Assembly (NCBI GenBank): GCA_024688685.1
Contig: JAILDX010000018.1
Span: 6,588 to 70,587, forward strand
DNA length: 64,000 bases
Direction of reading: 5' to 3'
DNA from: Saccharofermentans sp.
Lineage (GTDB): Bacteria > Bacillota > Clostridia > Saccharofermentanales > Saccharofermentanaceae
Shown here in pieces: positions 49,720 to 58,676 of this stretch. The position numbers were made by a program, and so were the translations under genes. Under the pieces are notes generated by a model. It was not told where the DNA came from. It saw only the letters and a program-made list of their open reading frames with translations, and made no database searches. The first letter of the stretch is position 1; each line of letters starts with the position of its first letter.

Positions 49720-51078
49720 ATGGAAAACATCAGATCAAAGGTTACGGATTTTACGACCGGCAGACCCGTGTCGCACATAATGGGTTTCTTCTGGCCTCTT
49801 CTCATGACCAGTATGCTTCAGCAGGTTTACAACTTTGTTGATATGTATATCGTCGGAAGGGGTCTTGGAGACCATGCTTTCGCGTCTGTAGGGAACATGG
49901 GGTCTCTGTTCTTCCTTATTGTCGGATTCTCTCTGGGTCTTGCCAATGGTTTCGGGGTGCTGATCGCGCAGAGCTTTGGCGGAAAGCGTACAGAGGAACT
50001 CAGACACAGGATTGCGGCAACGATTCAGCTGACGGTTGTAATGTCGGTAGTCCTTACGATACTCAGCGAACTCTTTCTTCCGGTTGCACTTCGCCTCATC
50101 AAAACGGACGAGGTGCTGATGGCAGATTGCCTCAAATACGGCTATGTGATCTTTGGAGGCCTTTCAGCGTCAATATGCTATAACATCAGTTCCTGTATTC
50201 TCAGGGCGCTTGGAGACAGCAAAACGCCGCTTAAAGCGATAATAATCTCTTCTGTCTCCAACCTGATACTTGATTATCTGTTTATCTTCGTTTTCGAGAC
50301 AGGTGTTGAGGGCGCGGCTATAGCGACTCTGATATCACAGGTGATCTCTACAGTCGTATGCGTATTAAGGCTCCGCCGGATCGATATGATAAAACTTAAG
50401 AGGTCTGATTTTGTAAACGACAGGAAAGTGTTTATCGAGCTGTTCAGAAACGGCCTTCCGATGGCGTTCATGAACTCTATAACAGCGATCGGGTGCATGG
50501 TGGTTCAGCACTTCATAAACAGATACGGAGTGGATTATACAACGGCATATTCAGCTTGCTGCAAATATCTCAATCTCTTCATGAATCCCGCTGCTACGGC
50601 AGGCAACGCAATGAGTGCCTTTACAAGCCAGAACTATGGTGCCCGCAGATATGACAGGATCAAGGAAGGACTCCGCATATGCTTGACGATTTCTTTCGTG
50701 ACGTACATCCTGCTGGGTTCACTTATGTTTTTCTTCCCGGAGACGCTTATCAGGTTCTTCATAGACGGTGAGGAGTCGGTAAGACTTGCCTGCGAGTTTA
50801 TGCCTGTATGCGGCATTTCCATAATCGCTGTGGACTTCCTTTTCGTTGTGCGAAACGGTGTGCAGGGAATGGGAGACCCCGTGCTGCCGATGTGGTCCGG
50901 CGTGCTCGAAATGGTCCTCAGGATAGTTGCCATCTCTCTGCTTATCGGCACGATCGGATTCAAGGCTGCTGCCATCGCTGAGATTTGTGCATGGACCGGC
51001 GCACTGCTTCTGAATATCTACGCTCTGCAGAGAAAACTCAAGCTTTCAGTCAAGCACAGGCATTCGGTTATCTATTAA
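49720..51078 (+). CDS. MATE efflux transporter (full length)
   Basis: LQQVYNFVD, LRALGDSKTPL, SQNYGA; divergent from the AraC gene. Confidence 0.92.
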   Translation: MENIRSKVTDFTTGRPVSHIMGFFWPLLMTSMLQQVYNFVDMYIVGRGLGDHAFASVGNMGSLFFLIVGFSLGLANGFGVLIAQSFGGKRTEELRHRIAATIQLTVVMSVVLTILSELFLPVALRLIKTDEVLMADCLKYGYVIFGGLSASICYNISSCILRALGDSKTPLKAIIISSVSNLILDYLFIFVFETGVEGAAIATLISQVISTVVCVLRLRRIDMIKLKRSDFVNDRKVFIELFRNGLPMAFMNSITAIGCMVVQHFINRYGVDYTTAYSACCKYLNLFMNPAATAGNAMSAFTSQNYGARRYDRIKEGLRICLTISFVTYILLGSLMFFFPETLIRFFIDGEESVRLACEFMPVCGISIIAVDFLFVVRNGVQGMGDPVLPMWSGVLEMVLRIVAISLLIGTIGFKAAAIAEICAWTGALLLNIYALQRKLKLSVKHRHSVIY

Positions 51079-51175
51079 TTTCTCTAATACTTTATTCATA
51101 TTTTGTTTCTAAAACAAATACCCAACTGTGATAAAATATATTTGTATTTGTACCTCATTTGGGGAGGAAAAGAAC

Positions 51176-51274
51176 ATGAGTGATAACGAATTGAATAAAA
51201 AAGCTCTCGAACAGGCAACCGGCGGAGAAGGCCTTTACACAGACAAGTACTGCGGATGGATCCGTCCTTACTGA
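51176..51274 (+). CDS. 32-aa double-glycine-leader peptide (not in ORF track)
   Basis: GGGGAGG RBS; MSDNELNKKALEQATGG then EGLYTDKYCGWIRPY*; followed by its own terminator. Confidence 0.75.
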   Translation: MSDNELNKKALEQATGGEGLYTDKYCGWIRPY

Positions 51275-51295
51275 TGATGATCTGATCTTAGCTTT

Positions 51296-51322
51296 TGAGC
51301 GGCAGAGATCTGCTGCTCATTT
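51296..51322 (+). terminator. Terminator after the peptide gene
   Basis: TGAGCGGCAG/CTGCTGCTCA hairpin followed by TTT. Confidence 0.6.
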
Positions 51323-51347
51323 GGCTGTTTATTAGGCACATAAATCC

Positions 51348-54053
51348 ATGAACGGTAAGAATCGGAAAAGAATAGCTGTCCTGATAGGACACCCGGAAGA
51401 ATACTCACATACATTATTCCTTAAGGGTTTTCTTGATGGTGCGTTTAAACTCGACTACGATGTCGTGGTCTTTGCTATGTATATCAAGTATCAGAATACT
51501 CAGGCAAGGGCTTATGGTGATTCATCCATCTTTAAGATGATCTCTTACGACAAGTTCGATTGTATCGTAGTCCTTGCTGACACGATCCAGACAAAGGGCG
51601 TAGCAGAACAGATCGAGAAGGACCTTCATGAGAAGTACAAAGGCAAGGTAATATTTGTCGATCAGGACAGCGAATACTTCCCGTCTATTCACATAGATAA
51701 TTATGCTCCGGAGAAAGCCGTCATCGATCATCTTATCGAGAAGCACGGTATGCATGATATTGCCTTTCTTACAGGAAAGTCATGGCATCCGCATTCTATT
51801 ATCAGACTTGATGCGTATAAAAAATCCTTGGAAGAGCACGGGATAGAGTTTAATGAGAACAGAGTCTTCTATGGTGACTTCTGGTACACGAGCGGTGAGA
51901 GCCTTGCTGACAGTATGATCAAGAGCGGTGATAAGCTCCCCGAGGCACTTGCCTGTGCGAACGATTGTATGGCACTGGGTTTTGCCAAGACCATGACAGA
52001 GAACGGTTATTCTATCCCTGATGATATTGCTGTTGTAGGATGTGACTCCAATGATGAAGGAAAACACTCTCCGGTTCCTCTTACTTCAATACCCATAGCT
52101 TCAGAAGAACTGGGAATGAACTCAGTTCTGATGGCCGATTCTCTTGTTAACGGAACTGAACTCAATAAGATCTCCCGGACTCCTGACCTGTTTATCGGTG
52201 GTACTTGCGGATGCGGCTGTGACAGTGCAAAGCCGACATATTTCAGGCGAGACTCGTGGGATACTGAATTATCTCTTGGAACTATCTTTTCGCCTTTTAA
52301 TACGATGGATGAGGATCTGATCGAGCAGACTTCATTTGCAGGCCTGATCGGTGCGATACTCAGTTCTATCCATCTGGTCCGCGGATTTGACAGTTTTAAT
52401 ATGTGTCTTAATCCTTCGCTGGGTGAGGCGAATGTCATACTTGAGGACAAGATCATGCACGTTATCAAGTGCGGTGGTATGCATGAGAATAACGACAAGA
52501 TACTGACAGATAAGTATTTTGACAAGGATATTATGCTCCCGGAACTCTATGAATACCGTGAGAAGCCTTCAGTTTACTACTTTTTGCCGCTCTATTTTGA
52601 TGAGAGCATTTTTGGCTATACTGCGGTCAGATTTGACAATGCTCCCAAGGTCATTTCGCAAGAGTACCGCGCATGGCTTAAGAGTATCTGCAAAGGAATA
52701 GAGTGCTTCAAGAGAAGTGATGCCCTCATCAGCAGTTCCAAGATAGCGCGTAAGGGAATAACGACTGACAGCATGACAGGCCTTTTGAATTATAAGGGTT
52801 TTATTGAGCAGGCGGATACATTCCTTCACCTTATGAACAATAACGGCGGTCATGTCGGAGTTCTTGCAATAGATATCAAGAATCTGTCTCACATCAACCA
52901 TCATTACGGGCGTCAGGAAGGCGACAGGGCAATAGTAAATGTTGCCAATGCGCTTGAGACATTATTCTTTTCGCGTAACTGTATGTGTCTGAGAACAGGT
53001 AATGATGAGCTTATAGCACTCCGGATAACAAGAGAAGCAGGTGACCGCGAGATCCTTGAAGAGAAGGAGAAACTTCAGAAGCTTATCGAAAAGAATAACG
53101 AATCAACAGAGTATTCGATAGACCTGTATTTCGGTATCGAGAGCGGAATTCCCAGGACATCGGAGGATCTGGAACGTCTTGTCAATGTTGCGATCAGCCG
53201 CAAGAACAATAACAAGATCGATACTATGAAGCTGACACACGGTTCTCTTACGGAAGAAGAATTGAAAGAAGCGCAGATCGTTAAACAGATCCTTGACGAT
53301 AACAAGATCTCTTATCATTTCCAGCCAATAGTTGATGCAAGGACCGGAAAGATATACTCTTATGAGGCTTTGATGAGGGCGGAGGTTATTCCGTATATGC
53401 CGCCGCCGGTAATTCTCAGATATGCCGAGTTCTTTGACAGGCTTTACGATGTTGAGAGGCTGACTTTCAATAACGTCATAAGTGTTATGGAATCTCATAA
53501 AGCCATCCTTTCAGACGGAAGGAAGGTCTTTATCAATTCTATTCCCGGATACATGCTATATGATGAGGATATCAAGCGCCTTGAGCAGTATGTTGCTGCA
53601 ATGCCCGGTTCTGTTGTCGTGGAGCTCACGGAGCAGTCAGAGATATCAGATGATAAGCTTGAGCATATGAAGCTGACTTATGAGAGGATTGGAATAGAGA
53701 CAGCGGTTGACGATTACGGCACAGGATATTCGAATGTATCGAACCTTCTCAGGTATACTCCTGATTATGTGAAGATCGACCGTGCTCTTCTGTCAGGCAT
53801 TCAGGACAGCCCCCAGAAACAGCATTTCGTGAAGGATATTATCGAGTTCTCACATCAGAACGGTATCCTTGCCCTTGCTGAAGGCGTTGAGACGAGTGAT
53901 GAGCTCAAAACAGTTCTGATGCTCGGTGTAGATCTTGTTCAGGGTTATTATCTTGCGATGCCCGGCAAGGATATGGTGCAGTCAATCAGCTCGCTCGTTG
54001 TTGATGAGATAAAGAAGTACGCGAAGCTCAGAGACTCAACTCAAACGCACTGA
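51348..54053 (+). CDS. LacI-type sugar-binding domain + degenerate GGDEF + EAL protein
   Basis: IDN..., ACAND.MALG, IPDDIAVVG; TDSMTGLLN...RTGNDEL; YEALMR, DDYGTGYS, AEGVE, QGYY. Confidence 0.9.
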   Translation: MNGKNRKRIAVLIGHPEEYSHTLFLKGFLDGAFKLDYDVVVFAMYIKYQNTQARAYGDSSIFKMISYDKFDCIVVLADTIQTKGVAEQIEKDLHEKYKGKVIFVDQDSEYFPSIHIDNYAPEKAVIDHLIEKHGMHDIAFLTGKSWHPHSIIRLDAYKKSLEEHGIEFNENRVFYGDFWYTSGESLADSMIKSGDKLPEALACANDCMALGFAKTMTENGYSIPDDIAVVGCDSNDEGKHSPVPLTSIPIASEELGMNSVLMADSLVNGTELNKISRTPDLFIGGTCGCGCDSAKPTYFRRDSWDTELSLGTIFSPFNTMDEDLIEQTSFAGLIGAILSSIHLVRGFDSFNMCLNPSLGEANVILEDKIMHVIKCGGMHENNDKILTDKYFDKDIMLPELYEYREKPSVYYFLPLYFDESIFGYTAVRFDNAPKVISQEYRAWLKSICKGIECFKRSDALISSSKIARKGITTDSMTGLLNYKGFIEQADTFLHLMNNNGGHVGVLAIDIKNLSHINHHYGRQEGDRAIVNVANALETLFFSRNCMCLRTGNDELIALRITREAGDREILEEKEKLQKLIEKNNESTEYSIDLYFGIESGIPRTSEDLERLVNVAISRKNNNKIDTMKLTHGSLTEEELKEAQIVKQILDDNKISYHFQPIVDARTGKIYSYEALMRAEVIPYMPPPVILRYAEFFDRLYDVERLTFNNVISVMESHKAILSDGRKVFINSIPGYMLYDEDIKRLEQYVAAMPGSVVVELTEQSEISDDKLEHMKLTYERIGIETAVDDYGTGYSNVSNLLRYTPDYVKIDRALLSGIQDSPQKQHFVKDIIEFSHQNGILALAEGVETSDELKTVLMLGVDLVQGYYLAMPGKDMVQSISSLVVDEIKKYAKLRDSTQTH

Positions 54054-54099
54054 TTCCCTCGCACAGTCGCTGCGCTCCAAAGATGCTCAGGAATCATGC
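54047..54099. repeat. Small REP-like hairpin with TCGC...GCTC interior
   Basis: TGATTCC/GGAATCA stem enclosing TCGC...TCGCTGCGCTC...GCTC. Confidence 0.5.
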
Positions 54100-54125
54100 A
54101 TTCTCGCTTCTAGTGTTATATTGAG

Positions 54126-54262
54126 CATCCTTGTGAGCGGACTTACCGCAGACGCATGCGATGTAGGAACGAGTAGTATAAGAACAGCAAAAACTGACCA
54201 AGAAAAAATCCCTATCCGTCTGTCCATAACGCATGCGTCGAGGACTGAAGCGAACAAGGATG
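54126..54262. ncRNA. Unnamed structured non-coding element, copy B
   Basis: CATCCTTGT/ACAAGGATG outer stem, GCGG/CCGC hairpin, GACGCATGCG/CGCATGCGTC inner stem, GAGGACTGAAGCGA junction. Confidence 0.6.
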
Positions 54263-54273
54263 ATCCCGATATT

Positions 54274-54360
54274 TGGTGCGGATGGCGGGACTTGAACCCG
54301 CACGATCTTGCGATCACTAGCACCTGAAGCTAGCGCGTCTGCCAATTCCACCACATCCGC
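54274..54360 (-). tRNA. tRNA-Leu (anticodon CAG)
   Basis: GCGGATG acceptor stem, CTAGC-TTCAGGT-GCTAG anticodon arm, long variable arm, GGTTCAAGTCCC T arm, encoded CCA; TTGTCA-17-TAAAAT promoter upstream. Confidence 0.97.
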
Positions 54361-54509
54361 AAGCTTAGCTATTTTATAATAAAAAACCGAAGTTGACAAC
54401 TGTCTCGTGATATATCGCTGTTTTTTTATGTAAAGTGTTTGACAATCTTTTTTGTTATTAGTGTTATACTTGCCTTTGTGTTAAGAGAACAATAAAGGAA
54501 AGTTGCGTT

Positions 54510-55694
54510 ATGAATACCTATGTGATCCTTAAGGATCTTGCGATCATCATTCTTGCGGCAAAGTTTATGTCGCTGGTATCACGGAAGTGCAAAGCTCCCG
54601 GTGTTGTTGGTGAGATAATTGCAGGTCTTCTTATCGGACCTTGTGTTCTGAATCTTGTGGCTCCCGGAGAGTTCATCAATAAGATGGCTGAGGTCGGAGT
54701 TGTTCTCATCATGTTTTCGGCAGGACTCGAGACTAATCTCAAGGAACTGAAGAAATCTGGCCTTAAGGCGCTGCTTATTGCGTGCGCGGGCGTTTTAGTT
54801 CCGCTTGTCGGAGGCACGGTTCTTTATATGGCAATTAACGGATTTGCACCGTGGGGTTCTGATGAGTTCTTTCAGGGACTGTTTATCGGAAGCATAATGA
54901 CGGCAACATCCGTTGGTATAACGGTTGAGACACTGAAGGAGCTGGGTTTCCTCAAAGGACATGTCGGGCAGACGATCGTAAGCGCTGCGATCATAGACGA
55001 TGTCATCGGCATTATCGTTCTTACGCTTGTTTTAGGACTCAAGGATCCTGAGAACAGCATCGGAATGGTGCTGATCAAGACAGTCGTATTCCTCGCACTC
55101 TCCGTCGTTCTCGGATATATAATTTACCGCGTTGTAAAAGCGATCGATGACCGTCATCCTCATACAAGAAGGATCCCGATCCTCGGACTCGGACTTTGCT
55201 TTATCCTGGCGTATGTTGCTGAGAGGTATTTCGGAATAGCTGATATTACGGGCGCTTATATCGCGGGCATTGTCCTCTGTAACATAAGAGATGCGAATTA
55301 CATTGACAGGAAGGTCAGTATTAACAGCTATATGATCTTTGCCCCGATCTTCTTTGTCGGTATCGGACTGAAGACTGACCTGAGCCAGTTCAATACGGAT
55401 ATGATACTGTTTTCAACAGGATTTGTCCTTGTGGCCCTCCTCTCGAAAGTGGTGGGATGCGGACTTGTTTCGAGATGTCTGAAGTTCAAGTGGGAGGAAG
55501 CCCTCAAGATCGGCGTCGGTATGATGACGAGGGGAGAGGTTGCCCTCATTATTACAAACAAGGGATTAAGTCTCGGCATTATCGATTCGTCGTATTTTAC
55601 GGCTGTAATCCTGCTGATCATTATATCGAGCATCGCAGTGCCTATTCTTCTTAAGGTGCTGTATTCAAAATATCCAGACCCCGCAGTGGAATAA
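54510..55694 (+). CDS. Cation:proton antiporter (CPA2, NapA-like)
   Basis: GEIIAGLLIGP, ATSVGIT, AAIIDDV, PIFF, RGEVAL. Confidence 0.92.
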   Translation: MNTYVILKDLAIIILAAKFMSLVSRKCKAPGVVGEIIAGLLIGPCVLNLVAPGEFINKMAEVGVVLIMFSAGLETNLKELKKSGLKALLIACAGVLVPLVGGTVLYMAINGFAPWGSDEFFQGLFIGSIMTATSVGITVETLKELGFLKGHVGQTIVSAAIIDDVIGIIVLTLVLGLKDPENSIGMVLIKTVVFLALSVVLGYIIYRVVKAIDDRHPHTRRIPILGLGLCFILAYVAERYFGIADITGAYIAGIVLCNIRDANYIDRKVSINSYMIFAPIFFVGIGLKTDLSQFNTDMILFSTGFVLVALLSKVVGCGLVSRCLKFKWEEALKIGVGMMTRGEVALIITNKGLSLGIIDSSYFTAVILLIIISSIAVPILLKVLYSKYPDPAVE

Positions 55695-55709
55695 TAGGAG
55701 GATTCCGGT

Positions 55710-56168
55710 ATGAAAGTTAAACTCATTTCTATTGTTATGGTGATAAGCCTGATCTTTGGTGTTTCGGCATGCGGGAATAATACCGCTGAAGTTGAGAACA
55801 CAGCAACGGAAGAAAAGATCCTCGGGCAGGAGGTTGAAGAGGGATTTAAGTACACTCTCTATATCGGCCTTAACGATAAGGATACTTTTGAACAGGTAAT
55901 GAGCACTGAAGATGCTTTGGAGGAGGCGAATCTGATCGTTGCGGAATATGCAGGCGGATATACCCAGATGATCGCCAGAGGCGGATGGACAAATGATGAC
56001 GGGACAATGGGTCACGAGAACACTCTTGTTTACATCATATATGACGTCGAGGAAGAGTCGCTTAAGGCTATGCTTGATGAGCTTATTAATAAGTTCAATC
56101 AGAGCTCGATCCTCGTAGAAAAGAACAGTATATCGCATATTTATTATTCCGGTAATGAAAGTGCGTGA
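55710..56168 (+). CDS. Lipoprotein, DUF3574-like
   Basis: Lipobox VSAC; LYIGLNDKD, GGYT...A.GGW, FNQSSIL. Confidence 0.7.
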   Translation: MKVKLISIVMVISLIFGVSACGNNTAEVENTATEEKILGQEVEEGFKYTLYIGLNDKDTFEQVMSTEDALEEANLIVAEYAGGYTQMIARGGWTNDDGTMGHENTLVYIIYDVEEESLKAMLDELINKFNQSSILVEKNSISHIYYSGNESA

Positions 56169-56731
56169 TGAGCACCGGATATTACGATGAACTGAACGAG
56201 AAAGCAAAAACGCTGGTTAAGAAGTGGGAGAAGTTCGACTTCAGCAGCCTGGAGCAGTGGCAGAGCAATCTTGAATGGGCAACTTTTTTGAGAGCTGCGG
56301 AAAGCTATGAGTCTGATTCTCTCTGTTTGATCTATTCTATTGTTGAGCAGCGGATGTGCGCCTATGCAGGGAGGATTGCCGTAATCAAAGGCCTTGATGA
56401 TCCGCAGCTTGTCTTTGCGTCAAAAACTGCATCCTACGTTGAGATCTGCGAGCCGGGATACAGTAAAAACGGTCAATATGCGATTGTACAGGTGTATACG
56501 AATGATTTCGTCGGAGCACTGATAATTGATGTTGTTAACTCAAAATATACCGGGATCAGGTACCCTGAGTTTGAGTTTTGTACCATTACTCCCGTGGATG
56601 GGGATGAAGTATTATTTACCAATCTTGAAGGCAGTAAGAAAAGCAGTGTTAATGAGCGAGTGCGCCTGTCAATGTTAAACTGGCATTCGATCGACAGTGC
56701 TGCAGTGGATTTTATTCCGGCGTTTGAATAA
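56165..56731 (+). CDS. Hypothetical protein
   Basis: 188-aa ORF overlapping the upstream stop codon; no family recognised. Confidence 0.55.
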   Translation: MMSTGYYDELNEKAKTLVKKWEKFDFSSLEQWQSNLEWATFLRAAESYESDSLCLIYSIVEQRMCAYAGRIAVIKGLDDPQLVFASKTASYVEICEPGYSKNGQYAIVQVYTNDFVGALIIDVVNSKYTGIRYPEFEFCTITPVDGDEVLFTNLEGSKKSSVNERVRLSMLNWHSIDSAAVDFIPAFE

Positions 56732-56957
56732 TAAACCCTTAAATGAGCAACCCCTATTATTATAGTCCCGTTGCGAAAAAACGGCGCATTAATTTGTGCA
56801 CAAATTAAGCTCATATAAGTGTCTGATTTTGATTAGTGCATTCCCCTTGTTAATGCTGAAAAGGGGACTATAATCGTGGTTGAACAAAGGAACGAAGATC
56901 ATAGATCAGACCTCCGCTCTAATGCTCGGATAACAACAGTTAAAGGAGATGATAATT

Positions 56958-57404
56958 ATGTTGATGTCCGGATTATTTGGAGAAGATTTGTTCGACGAGT
57001 TTTTGGGTTTTCCTTCACATGAGTTAGCTAATATCGATAAGCGTCTCTATGGGAAGAATGCGCGCAATCTGATGAAGACTGACGTTCATGAGAATGACAC
57101 GGATTATGAGATGGAAATGGATCTTCCGGGATTTAAGAAGGATCAGATCAGTGTTAAGCTCGAGAACGGTTACATGACCATCAGTGCAAGCAAGGATCAT
57201 GATACCGAGAAGAAGGACCATCATGGCAGGATCATCCGTCAGGAGAGATACAGCGGTGCGATGCAGCGCAGTTTCTATGTCGGTGATCTTGTGAAGACCG
57301 AGGATGTTAAAGCGAAGTTTGAGGACGGCGTTCTGAGACTCAGCATACCGAAGAAGGAACTGCAGGCACTTCCTGCAAACAATACGATTGCCATAGAAGG
57401 ATGA
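56958..57404 (+). CDS. Small heat-shock protein Hsp20
   Basis: MKTDVHE, MDLPGFKKD, ERYSG.MQRSF, AKFEDGVL.L.IPK. Confidence 0.93.
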   Translation: MLMSGLFGEDLFDEFLGFPSHELANIDKRLYGKNARNLMKTDVHENDTDYEMEMDLPGFKKDQISVKLENGYMTISASKDHDTEKKDHHGRIIRQERYSGAMQRSFYVGDLVKTEDVKAKFEDGVLRLSIPKKELQALPANNTIAIEG

Positions 57405-57434
57405 AGGCAATAGGAACAATTACATAAATAACGG

Positions 57435-57478
57435 AAGGAGTTGTCACTTCAGGGGGTTACTGAGTGACAGCTCCTTTT
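57435..57478 (+). terminator. Terminator after hsp20
   Basis: AAGGAGTTGTCACT/AGTGACAGCTCCTT hairpin plus T run. Confidence 0.75.
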
Positions 57479-57520
57479 GTGTTGGTGCTTTAACCGCAAA
57501 TCAAATGTTATAATAACAAA

Positions 57521-57769
57521 ATGAATATGGATAAACAGACAACCTGGCATTTAGAAGAATACGGTGAAGAGGGAAATGTCACCTTCTATGGTGTGAACAT
57601 TTTCGATTACGAATGGAAGGACACCGGGAAAAGCGTTCAGGTAAAAGATCCGTTATACAAACAGACATTCACGTTTCCTGTTTACATAGTTACTATTGAC
57701 GGTATTGATGTGAAGTTCGCGGCAGGCGAGTTCAGCCCGTATGTCTGGGGTTTTTACATTCCAAGATGA
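57521..57769 (+). CDS. Small hypothetical protein
   Basis: 82-aa aromatic-rich ORF after TGTTATAAT. Confidence 0.6.
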   Translation: MNMDKQTTWHLEEYGEEGNVTFYGVNIFDYEWKDTGKSVQVKDPLYKQTFTFPVYIVTIDGIDVKFAAGEFSPYVWGFYIPR

Positions 57770-57810
57770 GACTATGAATACCGCGATATTCTATTGAGGA
57801 ATCAGAAATA

Positions 57811-58059
57811 ATGGAATCATTAAAATCAAGGAAGAATGACAACACATATACTATGTACAAGGACAGGATCGTTGTGCAGTCCGGTGCCGGGACAAAGGAA
57901 TTAACGTTGCCTTCAGGTGACTATGTTTGTTTCCATTCGATCTACTATATTCAAGACAAACTGTTTGCGATCCTTATCACCGGCGGCAGCTATGACATGC
58001 GGCTCGAAATCGATGAGGACACACTCGACTTTACAGGCTCGCCGATACCGACATACTGA
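57811..58059 (+). CDS. Small hypothetical protein
   Basis: GAGG RBS; 82-aa ORF. Confidence 0.6.
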   Translation: MESLKSRKNDNTYTMYKDRIVVQSGAGTKELTLPSGDYVCFHSIYYIQDKLFAILITGGSYDMRLEIDEDTLDFTGSPIPTY

Positions 58060-58070
58060 CGGAGGGGATT

Positions 58071-58601
58071 ATGGTAATACTGATAACAGGTTCATCTCAT
58101 ACAGGTAAAACCCTTATGGCGCAGAAGCTGCTGGAGAAATACAAGTATCCGTATCTCTCGATCGATCACTTGAAAATGGGGCTGATCCGCAGCGGTAATA
58201 CGGATCTTACACCTGAAGATGATGATCAGCTCACGAATTATTTGTGGCCGATAGTCTGGGAAATGATAAAGACGGTGATTGAGAATGAACAGAACCTGAT
58301 CGTTGAAGGATGCTATGTGCCTGCTGACTGGTGTCGTGATTTTGATGATCGCTATTTATCGAGCATTCAGTTTATTTGTCTTGCAATGACAGAGAGTTAT
58401 ATTGATCGGCATTTTGAGACGATCATTGGAAAAGAATCAGTTATTGAATCAAGAATGAACGCTGCTGACTGCACGGCTGAAGAACTCAAACAGTGCAACA
58501 GATGGTTTATCGATGCGTTTGGCGGTGCAGGGGAAAATGTAGTTCTGATAGAAGCTGATTTTGAGCAGGTAATAGAGACGGTTAGCTCTGTAATTGTCTG
58601 A
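58071..58601 (+). CDS. P-loop kinase (adenylate/2-phosphoglycerate kinase-like)
   Basis: ITGSSHTGKT, SIDHLKMGLIRSG, LIVEGCY. Confidence 0.8.
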   Translation: MVILITGSSHTGKTLMAQKLLEKYKYPYLSIDHLKMGLIRSGNTDLTPEDDDQLTNYLWPIVWEMIKTVIENEQNLIVEGCYVPADWCRDFDDRYLSSIQFICLAMTESYIDRHFETIIGKESVIESRMNAADCTAEELKQCNRWFIDAFGGAGENVVLIEADFEQVIETVSSVIV

Positions 58602-58676
58602 CTTTTCAAATTAGTCAGACAGTTTTTCAGACATAAGCTATAATAAACTTAAGCTTCTCGAAAGGAACATCCAAAT

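Noticed and set aside
54240..54256. Hammerhead core suggested by CTGAAGCGAA
   Set aside because: It lacks the CUGANGA-stem II-GAAA arrangement.
54126..54273. HDV-like (theta) ribozyme at the tRNA 3' trailer, suggested by UCCUCG
   Set aside because: The P3' and P1' strands do not follow UCCUCG and I could not build the nested double pseudoknot. Kept as an unnamed element.
54087..54399. ORFs overlapping tRNA-Leu and element B
   Set aside because: They are translations of the tRNA and structured DNA, with no RBS or protein features.
56830..56862. CIRCE element upstream of hsp20
   Set aside because: Poor match to TTAGCACTC-N9-GAGTGCTAA, with wrong spacing.
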